Counted from the stretch's first letter, positions 18,680-30,759 are shown. The stretch: DNA of 64,000 bases from Eledone cirrhosa (GCA_964016885.1 OZ024742.1:246450001-246514000); one strand, 5' to 3'. Numbers and translations: made by a program. The notes: generated by a model not told the origin, from the letters alone.

Positions 18680-20790
18680 GAGATAGATGTTCAGTAGGGT
18701 AGGGAGTAACCTAGAGAAAAAGTCTGTAGAAGCATTCAATGAGACATAAATTGCCCCTTCGGTTTCCAGGCTGGTATGAGTGGGCAGCTTTAGGATTTTC
18801 CAATTAATGGAGTATTCTGTATTCTGGCTTCTTTGCGGTCCCACACATACTAGGCTAATGAGGTTGAGCAACTTAGTAATTTCCTTCTAAAAGAGTGTTG
18901 GTGCATATAATATCTAGATTTAAATATATTTGAGGTAGCCACTATATATACCTTATTATTAAAATACGTGGATATAGAACATTGGTAGACTAAATTCTCA
19001 GTTAGACAATTACCGTTAAGAGAACAAATAAAAGGGTTTCTATAGTTACAATTTCTATCGGATATTAGGTTAGAATATTAAGGTTAGAATATTGATGATG
19101 GAACGCTGCGCGGGAGTTACGATTATTGTTATTGAGGCTACCGCTTACTTCTAGATTTGACACATTATTATGTTTTTTTAAAAAAAGTTTTGTATTATTG
19201 CTGGAAATTAAGTAGTTAACTGAATAGAGTTAACTGTAGTAGAGTAAAATATTTTTGTTAAGTATTTTATAATTGTTTCTACTTTTGGCACAAGGCCAGC
19301 AATTACGCAGTATGTAACTGGTACTTTATTTTATCGACCCTGTAAGGATGAAAGACAAAGTTAACCTCGACGGGATTTGAACTCAGACCGTAAAGGGACG
19401 TAACTATGCTGGAAAGCATGGCGTCCGATCCTCTACCGATACTGCCAATTCACCGCCCTAAGTATGTTATAATAACGGTGGGTTGGAGGGAAGTTTTTCA
19501 CCAGGATATTAAAAAAATAATTTAGGTATATTAGAGGCTACATCCTTACAAAATGGTGGGTTAAACAATGTAGTAGATTTCCTGATTTACGAATTTTCGA
19601 TGGTGGGTAATCTGGTTTAGGTCTAAACTGGGTAACTTTAAAAGTGTTATGCTTAGGTCTATTACTATCAACAAAAACCTTAGATTTATGATCGAAGCCA
19701 AGCCGACTTCGGATGTGTTTGTTGTTCAGGAGGTTATCACAGTGACTGTTTACTTTATTACTGTGTTTATTATTTTCATAACTGTTGTACTTAGTCAGTT
19801 GAATTTGTACTGTTATTATTTCCTATGTACTTTATGTTATTATGTCTACTCTATTACTTTTATTTTCACAGGGTATATGGTTATTGCTACAGTTACTAAT
19901 TAATTTCTTAGTCTTATAGAGAAGGAACGATTTTTCGGTTTAAGTACATTTGTTTTTGCTTAAATTGAATCCAAGTTGAGTCATATTATGAGAAATAATG
20001 TTATAACTTTTGCAGATTTCGTGAAGGTTTTCTGTATACATTATGTTATCGTTAAAATCGGACCTCTTTCGTGCTTCATTATAATATTGAACGCTCTGAT
20101 CAAAGCCAACTTGGTTAGAGGAAAGTCTAGAGATACGATTAGATACATTATTAACAATAGATTTTAGTATAGATCTTGGATGGTTAGATTGATAATTAAT
20201 ATAGAAATAATTGTTTCTACTTTAGGCACAAGGCCAGCAAATACCCAGTGCATTACTGGTACTTTATTTTATCGACCCCGTAAGGATGAAAGGCAAAGTC
20301 AACATCGGTGGGATTTGAACTCAGATCGTTCGCTCGGTTTGTAAAAAGGTTTGTATAGACCGGAGTCTAGGTTTAAATTTACATGAAGAAAGTTGAAAAC
20401 TTTATAATTAGTATCTATAGTTATTGTTAACTATATACTCCCTAAAGAATTTATGTAAACGTTTTTTACTTTGTTCAAGGTTTTTACAATTTCTGCTATT
20501 ATTGAAGAGGTTATCATTACGGTACAAGCCTTTTTCAAAGAGGAAAAAATGCCTTTAAGTTTATTTAGTAAGAAAATACTAAATCGGTGACTTGAGCAGA
20601 ATCATTTGAACCAATAATAATATCGAAATTATTAGGGCGGGTTTTTCGGGTCCAAAGGCAGCCATCAAATTCGATTATGGTCTTTCTAGCTGTTAATATT
20701 GTATCAATTTCTGCCCTAGTTGAATTGTTAGCACTTTCAGCCATAATTAATGCCCTGTTTAAGAGATTAGGGGAGATAGAGGAGTAATAG
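18680..20790 (-). mobile_element. Decayed Naiad-type Penelope-like element (RT to GIY-YIG), interrupted by SINEs at ~19272-19460 and ~20210-20328
   Basis: Hand translation of minus strand: EIDTILTARKTIIEFDGCLWTRKTRPNNFDIIIGSNDSAQVTDL (~20590-20720), LFNPPFCKDVASNIPKLFFNILVKNFPPTHRY (~19470-19575), YSINWKIL (~18800); all homologous to the 58261-60954 protein. Confidence 0.8.
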
Positions 20791-20814
20791 CTACCTATAT
20801 CAAATATATATATA

Positions 20815-21315
20815 TGATGGCTGTAAACTCTGCTAAGAGTACTGAAATTGCTTGGAGGATTATAGAGTCTGGTGCACTTTTAGGCTACGGCCAGTCACAC
20901 AAACCTGTAACATATTCTGAACAAGCAATGAAAGGCCTTGCACTCAACCAATCCCATTCTCTGAGCATCGAAAACACTACCCGAAAAGGAGAACTGGTCA
21001 ACATCATCGGATGATTCCGAAGCCGCAGGTTTCCTCTCCTAGAAAGTTCCTTCTCCTAGAAAGTTTCCCTCTCCTAGAAAGATGTTATGACAACAACTGG
21101 GAGCCTTTCACTCCCAGGTGAAAAAAAGTACTATTTGGATGGCCGTTGACTCTGCTGAGTTCCTCCGCCCTTTACAGGGTCTTGTATTTCATCCTGCAGG
21201 GTTTCCAAATATCACCTTCCTCACCAAGCAAGCTTGCTGGGGTGCCGGTTTAGTCGCCGACGACCCGGCCATGAAACAGGTTTACTGGGTTACATGTTAC
21301 CAGTAGCACTCGAGA
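20815..21315 (-). mobile_element. Probable RTE-type LINE 5' UTR fragment with a triplicated ~20-bp motif
   Basis: GC-richer island between microsatellites; ctttctaggagaggggaaac-like motif x3 at ~21028-21082 resembles the ctaggagaaggaaaact motif recalled from RTE 5' UTRs. Confidence 0.35.
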
Positions 21316-21322
21316 GCGATCT

Positions 21323-21416
<94 letters not shown>

Positions 21417-21427
21417 CACATACATAT

Positions 21428-21875
21428 ATGGGAGGAATTTGGAGTTAAACTGGAATCCGACTTCAGATAAGTAAATAAAGTGTTCTGGCAGACCATCCGC
21501 CGACTTCGTAATAAGAAATCCCCCTCCATATTTGCTACCAGGAATGCGACTGGGGTTCTCCTCTCTTCAGAGAGGTGCATCCTCGCAAAGTGGAGAGAAT
21601 ATGTGCTGATCTCCTTAACCCCATCGCAACAGCGTCTGCTGATGTACACGAGGTACATCTGGGAGCGGTGACCAATCTCTCGGAGGCAGTTAAAGATCCC
21701 AAATATACCAAGGTTACCGAGGAAGATCAAATCAAGCCTGACGTGTTAAAAATATTAAATAGAGAAGGTATTCTCTGGCTGACTCGCGTGTGCCGGGTGG
21801 CCTGGACATCTGGAAAGGCACCAAGCAATGGTAATCAGGAGTGATAATCTAACTACTCAACGAGGGAGACAAGAA
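21428..21875 (+). pseudogene. RTE (Expander-like) LINE fragment, endonuclease-RT linker
   Basis: WEEFGVKLESDF*…FWQTIRRLR…ILAKWREY…LLNP…LKILNREGILWLTRVCRVAWTSGKAP; frameshifted. Confidence 0.75.
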
Positions 21876-21971
21876 AACTGGATGAATAAAGGGCAGTTCC
21901 GATAGCAGAGCATTTACAATTCAAATTTTAAGAAAGCCAAGGATAGTATATTATCATTTTTTATTTATACA

Positions 21972-22092
21972 TCTCGACGGTCGTTTCAACGCGGCTAGAA
22001 TATCACATTTATTTATGGAAAGAACAGGATATTATCAGTTAATTATTTACTCCATTATTGGTGCTTTATTCAAACCATATCTCTTCAGGAAA
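21972..22092 (-). ncRNA. Hammerhead-like motif with long stem-II insert (PLE pLTR remnant)
   Basis: Minus strand: TTTC CTGAAGA …~100 nt… GAAAC GACC GTC GAGA, then AATAAA. Confidence 0.45.
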
Positions 22093-22618
22093 TATATATA
22101 AATAAAATAACAATGAATTAATTAATATCATAAGACAAGTTATCAAGAACAATAGATGATTCAAAGCATGGACCATTTAGGCAGGCAATTAAAATTTCAA
22201 GTGCAAAAACGCATAGACTTGCGTAGGTTTTCAGACATGCAAAATTATAAATTTATCATGGTAATTTCGGAAAAATATGTTAAAATATGTTAAAACTATG
22301 AATAGGTTACAGCATGGGTTGTTATTTTTTTTAAAGATTCAGGGCAGTACGTTCCGTTATTTATAATAGAAGTATTTGAAAATATTTAGAAGATTTTTCG
22401 TTAGTCCAGAGTCTCATGTAGGTACGGAAGAAAATTATATGTATGGAGTTAAGAATATTTTCATATATATATTTTTCAAAATATATGTATATAGCTACCT
22501 ATTATTTTACTAATTAGGTTCTAGAGTATATATATATATATACATATAAATATAAATATATATATATATATGAAATATATGAAATATAAGAATCAAAGAA
22601 CTGTTCAAAACATTATTG

Positions 22619-22665
22619 TGCTTACAGCTGTTTCCTCCAAACCGAGGTTTGGATTCTTCGGAGCA
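22619..22665 (-). ncRNA. Minimal hammerhead ribozyme (PLE pLTR)
   Basis: Reverse complement of 26738-26784. Confidence 0.7.
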
Positions 22666-24109
22666 ATTTATTAATGCATGGACAGTTATATGACCTCCTT
22701 TTCAGCCGAGAGACATACCAATACATATTCAAACATTGATACATATTCAAACATTGTGGGTCAACATTCATTACAGAATTTAGAGTGGCAGTACACACTT
22801 CGAGATTACATTTATATTAATAGGTACAATCAAAAATCAAAGATATAGGTTAAAATACAACATGAAGATAAGCGGTTATATAGTGCAAATGTTATATGTG
22901 TGGCACGCATGTGCGTCTTGTTTATATAGTGTGGCAGAGAGATATGTGTGGTAGAGGCACTTAGGTAGGTAAATAAGAGTGTTAGGTTGGTAGATCTGGT
23001 GGCAAATTCTTTATATGATTGATATAGTCTGTGTGTGGAGAAATATTATAAGCATTAAAGATAGTGCAAGCATTAAAAGTGTTATAAGTAATGGAGATGC
23101 ACAGCGCAGGGATGTCAAGTATTTCATGTACTTCGGCATTTTCATGGTCAGGGGAGTATATTTTTCGATTATATGCCCTTCACATAATCCACGACAATCC
23201 AGTTAGAGATCGTAGTCTGGTGTTCTTTAGTTCGATACAGGAGGTTGTTACGTTTCTAGAAACGCCATTGAATACCGCCCGGAAGTGTGTGTGTGGCTAA
23301 GGGGAGTTAATGCATGCGGGGAGGTAACTCTGGGGTTTCTGTATCTAGCCATTAAAATGTGTCCCAATATAGACCCTAAATTCTATGGCGATGCGCATCT
23401 TCCAAGAGAGATTTTTAAAGCATAAAGTGTATTAACTATAGAGTAGTTTAATTAAGTTATGCTGAAGGTGATCATATTATTATGGTGGATTAACCCATCT
23501 TAAGGTGCCACAAATGGAAATTATAGATGATGAGCGAGGATTCTAAATTAATGATCTCTGTGGTTGTAGTCTGCTCATATGACCAGGCGCGGTGATTGCA
23601 GGCTTGCTTCAGGACCCAATGATCTCTGGTAAGATCTGGGTCATCGCTTGCTACATTTGATGTCTAAAGATAATTATCCCCAGGCCGGCCAAAGGTCAAT
23701 CCGCAGTCCTCGCAACCCCTCTCTGACCGTCAGATCATCCATATACGTACAACCCGCACGGCAGTTGGAATGCATTCACCCACTGCGCTCAGCAGTCCGG
23801 TCCTACTGGTCAACAGCGCTACTCGATTAAATCATTTTACATCCGTCTAAGGAAGGTGTTTCCTCTGCACAACACTATCCAACCGATCAATTCATGCTCA
23901 AATTACCCTTAGAGCGGTGTAGTGCCGTTCAAGTGGGTGGATGTTGTCACACCTGCCGTAGAGGTATAAATGGGTATTCTCCCTGCGAAGGGTTCCAGAG
24001 GGATGTCATTGTTTGTGTTATAATAGATCAGTTAGTGTTGGGTATGTAGTATAAGGTGTGTCTCTGGTGTTTGATGCTAGATGTGGTGTTAGGTTCCAGT
24101 CCGACATTG

Positions 24110-24574
24110 CTATATATTGGGCTTAAAGTTTTGGAAGGAATGTCTGAGGCGGTGCTGGCAAGTTGCAAACACCTCAGATTTGTTGTTAAGTAGGTTACGG
24201 TTGGAGAAGATAATATTGTGTGTCTCTAGTATACAGAGGTTACAGAATTTATTAGGTGGTTTGTACGAGGTCGCGCTTCCTATCACTTCCCATTTGAGTG
24301 TGTATGGTTTATTTTTAGATTTTAGATAGTGTATGTAGCTAGAAAGTGAGGTGGAGTTGGCTAGGCTGTGCTTTTTGAACGAGTGGATGTGCGAATTATA
24401 TCTGATTTTGAAGCAGTTAGAAGTGGAGCCTACATAGGTTTCTGAAGAGTTATTAGTCGTGACGGTGCATGAGTATATGACATCCTTGGTTAGGCATTTT
24501 TTATCTAAAGGGCAGGTTCTATTAGCTCTACAGTTACAATTATCCTGTGCGTTAGTCCGCTGGTTATAATGCAA
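24110..24574 (-). CDS. C-terminal zinc-finger + GIY-YIG endonuclease of a Naiad-type PLE (partial; mirrored on + at ~24836-25293)
   Basis: CNCRANRTCPLDKKCL, VIYSCTV…TYVGST…FKIRYNSH…F, TSLSSYI, FCNLCILE, LLN.KSE…CQH. Confidence 0.85.
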   Translation of the reverse strand: MHYNQRTNAQDNCNCRANRTCPLDKKCLTKDVIYSCTVTTNNSSETYVGSTSNCFKIRYNSHIHSFKKHSLANSTSLSSYIHYLKSKNKPYTLKWEVIGSATSYKPPNKFCNLCILETHNIIFSNRNLLNNKSEVFATCQHRLRHSFQNFKPNI

Positions 24575-26737
24575 GGCGGAAGTCCGTGTGGTAGATATAG
24601 GATTTTGGGTGTTCGGGTTGACAACCCTGGTGTTATTACTTATACTAGTGTTATTTCTATTGTTACTGCCGTTGCTATGGTTGCTTGCTACAGTGGTATT
24701 TAGAGGGTTTGCATCCCGTTGTGATTTTGTTTGTTGGAAGTAAGAACTAATTTTACTATTATTGCTGCTAGCTATGTGGTATGCTAAGTTAGGCGTCGTA
24801 GAGTATGAGATTTTAATGGTGTTATAACCATCATTATAACCAGCGGACTAACGCACAGGATAATTGTAACTGTAGAGCTAATAGAACCTGCCCTTTAGAT
24901 AAAAAATGCCTAACCAAGGATGTCATATACTCATGCACCGTCACGACTAATAACTCTTCAGAAACCTATGTAGGCTCCACTTCTAACTGCTTCAAAATCA
25001 GATATAATTCGCACATCCACTCGTTCAAAAAGCACAGCCTAGCCAACTCCACCTCACTTTCTAGCTACATACACTATCTAAAATCTAAAAATAAACCATA
25101 CACACTCAAATGGGAAGTGATAGGAAGCGCGACCTCGTACAAACCACCTAATAAATTCTGTAACCTCTGTATACTAGAGACACACAATATTATCTTCTCC
25201 AACCGTAACCTACTTAACAAAAAATCTGAGGTGTTTGCAACTTGCCAGCACCGCCTCAGACATTCCTTCCAAAACTTTAAGCCCAATATATAGCAATGTC
25301 GGACTGGAACCTAACACCACATCTAGCATCAAACACCAGAGACACACCTTATACTACATACCCAACACTAACTGATCTATTATAACACAAACAATGACAT
25401 CCCTCTGGAACCCTTCGCAGGGAGAATACCCATTTATACCTCTACGGCAGGTGTGACAACATCCACCCACTTGAACGGCACTACACCGCTCTAAGGGTAA
25501 TTTGAGCATGAATTGATCGGTTGGATAGTGTTGTGCAGAGGAAACACCTTCCTTAGACGGATGTAAAATGATTTAATCGAGTAGCGCTGTTGACCAGTAG
25601 GACCGGACTGCTGAGCGCAGTGGGTGAATGCATTCCAACTGCCGTGCGGGTTGTACGTATATGGATGATCTGACGGTCAGAGAGGGGTTGCGAGGACTGC
25701 GGATTGACCTTTGGCCGGCCTGGGGATAATTATCTTTAGACATCAAATGTAGCAAGCGATGACCCAGATCTTACCAGAGATCATTGGGTCCTGAAGCAAG
25801 CCTGCAATCACCGCGCCTGGTCATATGAGCAGACTACAACCACAGAGATCATTAATTTAGAATCCTCGCTCATCATCTATAATTTCCATTTGTGGCACCT
25901 TAAGATGGGTTAATCCACCATAATAATATGATCACCTTCAGCATAACTTAATTAAACTACTCTATAGTTAATACACTTTATGCTTTAAAAATCTCTCTTG
26001 GAAGATGCGCATCGCCATAGAATTTAGGGTCTATATTGGGACACATTTTAATGGCTAGATACAGAAACCCCAGAGTTACCTCCCCGCATGCATTAACTCC
26101 CCTTAGCCACACACACACTTCCGGGCGGTATTCAATGGCGTTTCTAGAAACGTAACAACCTCCTGTATCGAACTAAAGAACACCAGACTACGATCTCTAA
26201 CTGGATTGTCGTGGATTATGTGAAGGTCATATAATCGAAAAATATACTCCCCTGACCATGAAAATGCCGAAGTACATGAAATACTTGACATCCCTGCGCT
26301 GTGCATCTCCATTACTTATAACACTTTTAATGCTTGCACTATCTTTAATGCTTATAATATTTCTCCACACACAGACTATATCAATCATATAAAGAATTTG
26401 CCACCAGATCTACCAACCTAACACTCTTATTTACCTACCTAAGTGCCTCTACCACACATATCTCTCTGCCACACTATATAAACAAGACGCACATGCGTGC
26501 CACACATATAACATTTGCACTATATAACCGCTTATCTTCATGTTGTATTTTAACCTATATCTTTGATTTTTGATTGTACCTATTAATATAAATGTAATCT
26601 CGAAGTGTGTACTGCCACTCTAAATTCTGTAATGAATGTTGACCCACAATGTTTGAATATGTATCAATGTTTGAATATGTATTGGTATGTCTCTCGGCTG
26701 AAAAGGAGGTCATATAACTGTCCATGCATTAATAAAT

Positions 26738-26784
26738 TGCTCCGAAGAATCCAAACCTCGGTTTGGAGGAAACAGCTGTAAGCA
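26738..26784 (+). ncRNA. Minimal hammerhead ribozyme (PLE pLTR), CCGAAGA core variant
   Basis: TGCT CCGAAGA A TCCAAAC-CTCG-GTTTGGA G GAA ACAGCTGT A AGCA; stem I TGCT/AGCA, palindromic stem III, GUA site. Confidence 0.7.
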
Positions 26785-26985
26785 CAATAATGTTTTGAAC
26801 AGTTCTTTGATTCTTATATTTCATATAACTTCTCTGTAAATCATCTGATGTTTTTACATTGAGCTACTTAACTTACTGGTAATAAGGTAGTAATACAATA
26901 CTGCCTACCACTATTTAGGGTGTGTGTAAAATACTTACAACTGCTTAAGGTTTTGTATTTACATAACCATAAATAGTATAACTAA

Positions 26986-27021
<36 letters not shown>

Positions 27022-27026
<5 letters not shown>

Positions 27027-28563
27027 AATATGATAATAATGGAGCTGCGGCGTTGCAAATGGGATACATATGAAAAAGTGAGTCCTTCATCAGTGACCCT
27101 CCAACCGTCCTGGGCATTTCATCGCTTTAAGGGCCATATGCCTCGGGTTGGTGCGAACAACGGCTAAAAAAAGTCGTTGGGACACGTAAATAAAGGGGGA
27201 CGCCAGAGTAACAACAAAAAAGTTTTAGCAACGGAAAGTGAGTAGAAATAGACAAGTCCCAGATCTCTATGAATATAAACTCTGTGAAATCGTGAACAAG
27301 AGACAAAAGACCATCAAACCTGGTTGAAATGTGAGCAAGGAAAGAATTTCTCTCTTTCGTTTGCGACTTCACAAAACTTACGTTTACTGAATTCGTAGAA
27401 CAGACCCCTTTATCTTCTTCTTCTTCTTCTTCTTCTTCTTCTTCTTGTTCTTGTTCTTCTTCTTCTTCTTCTTCTTCTTCTTCTTCTTCTTCTCTCCTTT
27501 TTCTCTCTCTCTTTCCCCCCCCCCCCGTCAAACTTGGGCGAAATTCTTTTCTTGCTCACATTTCAACCAGGTTTGATGGTCTTTTGTCTCTTGTTCACGA
27601 TTTCACAGAGTTTATATTCATAGAGATCTGGGACTTGTCTATTTCTACTCACTTTCCGTTGCTAAAACTTTTTTGTTGTTACTCTGGCGTCCCCCTTTAT
27701 TTACGTGTCCCAACGACTTTTTTTAGCCGTTGTTCGCACCAACCCGAGGCATATGGCCCTTAAAGCGATGAAATGCCCAGGACGGTTGGAGGGTCACTGA
27801 TGAAGGACTCACTTTTTCATATGTATCCCATTTGCAACGCCGCAGCTCCATTATTATCATATTTACACATATATTTTTTCCATGCTGCCATTCGTGTTTC
27901 GTTTGTATCTTTACCCTTTCTAGCAGTCTCTCTCTCTGTTAGCCTCCTCCTCAACTTTCACTCACTCATTCTCTGTCACTACCTCTCCTCCTCCTCTTTC
28001 CTCCTCCTCCTTCAAGTTTGACCTGTGTGTAATTCTTTTCTCGCGCGGTCTTGACCAAGCTGGTATGGAATTTTTTTCTCTCTCTCTTTCGTCTGCGACT
28101 TCACAAAACTTACGTTTACTGAATTCGTAAAACAGACCCCTTTATCTTCTTCTTCTTCTTCTTCTTCTTCTTCTTCTTCTTCTTCTTCTTCTTCTTCTTC
28201 TTCATCTTCTTCTTCTTCTTCTTCTTCTTCTTCTTCTCTCCTTTTTCTCTCTCTCTTTTTCCCCCCCCGTCAAACTTGGGCGAAATTCCTTCCTTGCTCA
28301 CATTTCAACCAGGTTTGATGGTCTTTTGTCTCTTGTTCACGATTTCACAGAGTTTATATTCATAGAGATCTGGGACTTGTCTATTTCTACTCACTTTCCG
28401 TTGCTAAAACTTTTTTGTTGTTACTCTGGCGTCCCCCTTTATTTACGTGTCCCAACGACTTTTTTTAGCCGTTGTTCGCACCAACCCGAGGCATATGGCC
28501 CTTAAAGCGATGAAATGCCCAGGACGGTTGGAGGGTCACTGATGAAGGACTCACTTTTTCATA
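27022..28563 (+). mobile_element. Non-coding retrozyme-like repeat: ~740-bp unit in partial tandem (27350-28563) plus inverted 3' segment (27022-27347)
   Basis: 27351 repeats at 28083; CTGATGA at 27797 repeats at 28539; 27022-27347 is the reverse complement of ~27542-27867; (TA)n on both flanks; no credible ORF. Confidence 0.85.
27706..27811 (+). ncRNA. Structured RNA with hammerhead core strands in non-canonical order (candidate pseudoknotted hammerhead); identical copies at 28448-28553 (+) and 27079-27184 (-)
   Basis: GGCAT-A-TGGCCCT … GAA-ATGCC … AGGGTCA-CTGATGA; helices covary with the 63125-63229 homolog. Confidence 0.7.
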
Positions 28564-28579
28564 TATATATATATATATA

Positions 28580-30112
28580 AGAATAAATAATAACAGGTAG
28601 ACATCATAAAAAGGTAATTTATTCCGTGCTTACAAATGTTTCCACGGTGGTTATACAGCCTAGTTATGCTATGTGCAAATTTACAACTATTTGCAAAACT
28701 CAAATATCCAATGCTGTGACCACTGTGTCATCAGAGCAGAATGGTTAAAATGTACAATGTAAATACCCTTAAGTGAGGTTATTGGGGAAGATAGAGTAGA
28801 AAAGGAAGAGAGAAAAGAAGGGGAGAGGAAGAGAGAGAGAAAGATATGCAGGGGTTGGAGAGAGTGGTTTGTAGATATCTTAATCAAAATGTTATGGTAG
28901 GGGTTTTATTATACTGGTTACTCTTAAAGCGACCACCTTAAGCGATGCATTGATAGTCAACATTGGAATTATTTATTGCCCCAGAGGGCAGGTTCATAAA
29001 TGTGGAGAGGGAGGGAGGTAGGCCTAGGGCGAGAGAGAGAGAGTGGAATGGATAGAGAGGGAGAGAGAGAGAGGGGACAGACGAAAGCTATCGGGTGGGT
29101 GAACATTGGGTTCGTAGTAGTAATCTGCGAATTGCACTAAGTTACCATTTATAGTGATAAGCAGGGTATTGTCTTGTAGTGTAGGGGAAGAGAAAGTGGT
29201 TAGCTAGAAAGCAATGTTATAGTTACGGGTTCGAATGTTAAGTTATTTTATAGTGAGAGAATTTAGCTTTCAGTTTGTGGTTGCAGTATAATGATCGTTC
29301 GATTCTATCATTAAGTAGTTTATTTTTGGATTTTAAGATGTAAAAGAGTTCAAGGTTACATAACCTGCAGTACTTCAATCCACTCCGATATGCACTTGCG
29401 CTGGAAAGTATATCCCATTTTAAGGTGAACTGTTGGTTGCGTTCACGGAGTTGCCAGGTCTTGTTGGCGAGCGTGGTCACAAAACGGTGATCAGGATGTT
29501 TAATTGAGAATCGATGACGGTACCAGCGAGATTTAAACGAGATGGTGGTAGACCCGATCTAATACCATGTCTGGTCGTTCGATTCAACCGTGCATTGGTA
29601 AACAATGTTGGACTTTAGGCATTTATTCTTTAATGGACATCTTTCAGGTAGATGGCAGTTACAGATTTTGTTGTGGGTAGCGGGTATAACATGGATAGGT
29701 TGTGATAGCAGTACAGGTGGGTTGTGTAATACCCGTCTCCCATTTAGTGGTTGGGAGGCAGATATTACGTTCTGCCCATCTGTTATCAAAATATTTTGTT
29801 TTGTAGTGTTGTTTAATTGCTTTAAGTTAAGTTTTTTTTATGTATGCTTCAAGGTTTGGTGCCGTGGAGTATGATAGTCTAATAGTTTTAGAGTTCAGAA
29901 TTTTACTGTATTTATGGGAACTAGGGAAATGCTTGTTGATTAACTTAAAGAATGAAAGAGATAGTTTTGTACTAATCGAAGCATTAAAAATAGGATTATA
30001 CCATATATATTTTCTACAACGTGATTTATTTGGTGATGATTTTCTATTATTAGTATGTCTGGTGGTACTGCGTGTGTGCGCTTGTATTTTAGTACCCCGG
30101 TTACGTATTCCT
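28580..30112 (-). mobile_element. 5'-truncated, decayed Naiad-type PLE (thumb/linker, zinc finger, GIY-YIG, 3' UTR, hammerhead)
   Basis: CNCHLPERCPLKNKCLKSNIVYQC…WY*IGST; TTLANKTWQL…KWDIL…YCRLCNLE…LLN…CNHK. Confidence 0.85.
28627..28738 (-). ncRNA. Hammerhead ribozyme with ~85-nt extended stem II (pLTR of the PLE at 29.2-30.1 kb)
   Basis: Minus strand: TGCT CTGATGA CACAGTGGT…ACCACCGTG GAAACATTTGTA AGCA. Confidence 0.65.
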
Positions 30113-30299
30113 TGATTTCATACATACACGCATACATACACGCATCCATATACGTACATACACAAGCATACGCGAAAACACTCGCCATAGGTATACAAAT
30201 ACAGGCACGTACCCCCCCCCCCCTAAAAAAAAACAAAAAAAACAAAAAAAAAAAACAAAAAAAAAACAAACCCGCACGGACATACAAAACCCACGCAAC

Positions 30300-30420
30300 A
30301 CATTCTGAGTTCAAATCCCGCCGAGGTTAACTTTGCCTTTCATCCTTACGGGGGTCGTTAAAATAAAGTACCAGTAATAGAATGGGATAATTGCTGGCCT
30401 TGTGCCTAAAGTAGAAACAA
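30300..30420 (+). mobile_element. Meta/MESC-core SINE, 5' truncated
   Basis: Consensus match. Confidence 0.8.
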
Positions 30421-30759
30421 TTATTCTTTACTCTGAAGCCGAGAATCATTCGGTTTCTTAAATAGAATATTAGTCTACGACTTCATTTATACCATAAACG
30501 TGGTTTTGTCTTTTCGTGTATTTGTTCTCAACTCTCCACATAACGACGTATTATCTTCGCTTTTTTCCGTTCATTGCCAGGGAACGTCTTCACGAACCAA
30601 AGCATCGTCTTCCGGTTTTCCTACGGTTGCAACGTTTTTTGAAATATTTAATTCTGGGTTCATAGATTGATTTTTTTAGTTTCAGAAGATCCCGTTATGT
30701 GTGAAAGCAACGATTCTTTGCTTAAACTTTAATCTGTTATTTTAATATATATATATATA

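Larger units (their letters stand above)
22573..26990. mobile_element. 5'-truncated Naiad-type Penelope-like element in head-to-head palindrome (left arm ~22573-24570, right arm ~24836-26826)
   Basis: Arms are near-perfect reverse complements (mirror ORFs 23648/25573, 24117/25074, 23091/26103); GIY-YIG ORF in each arm; flanked by (TA)n. Confidence 0.92.
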
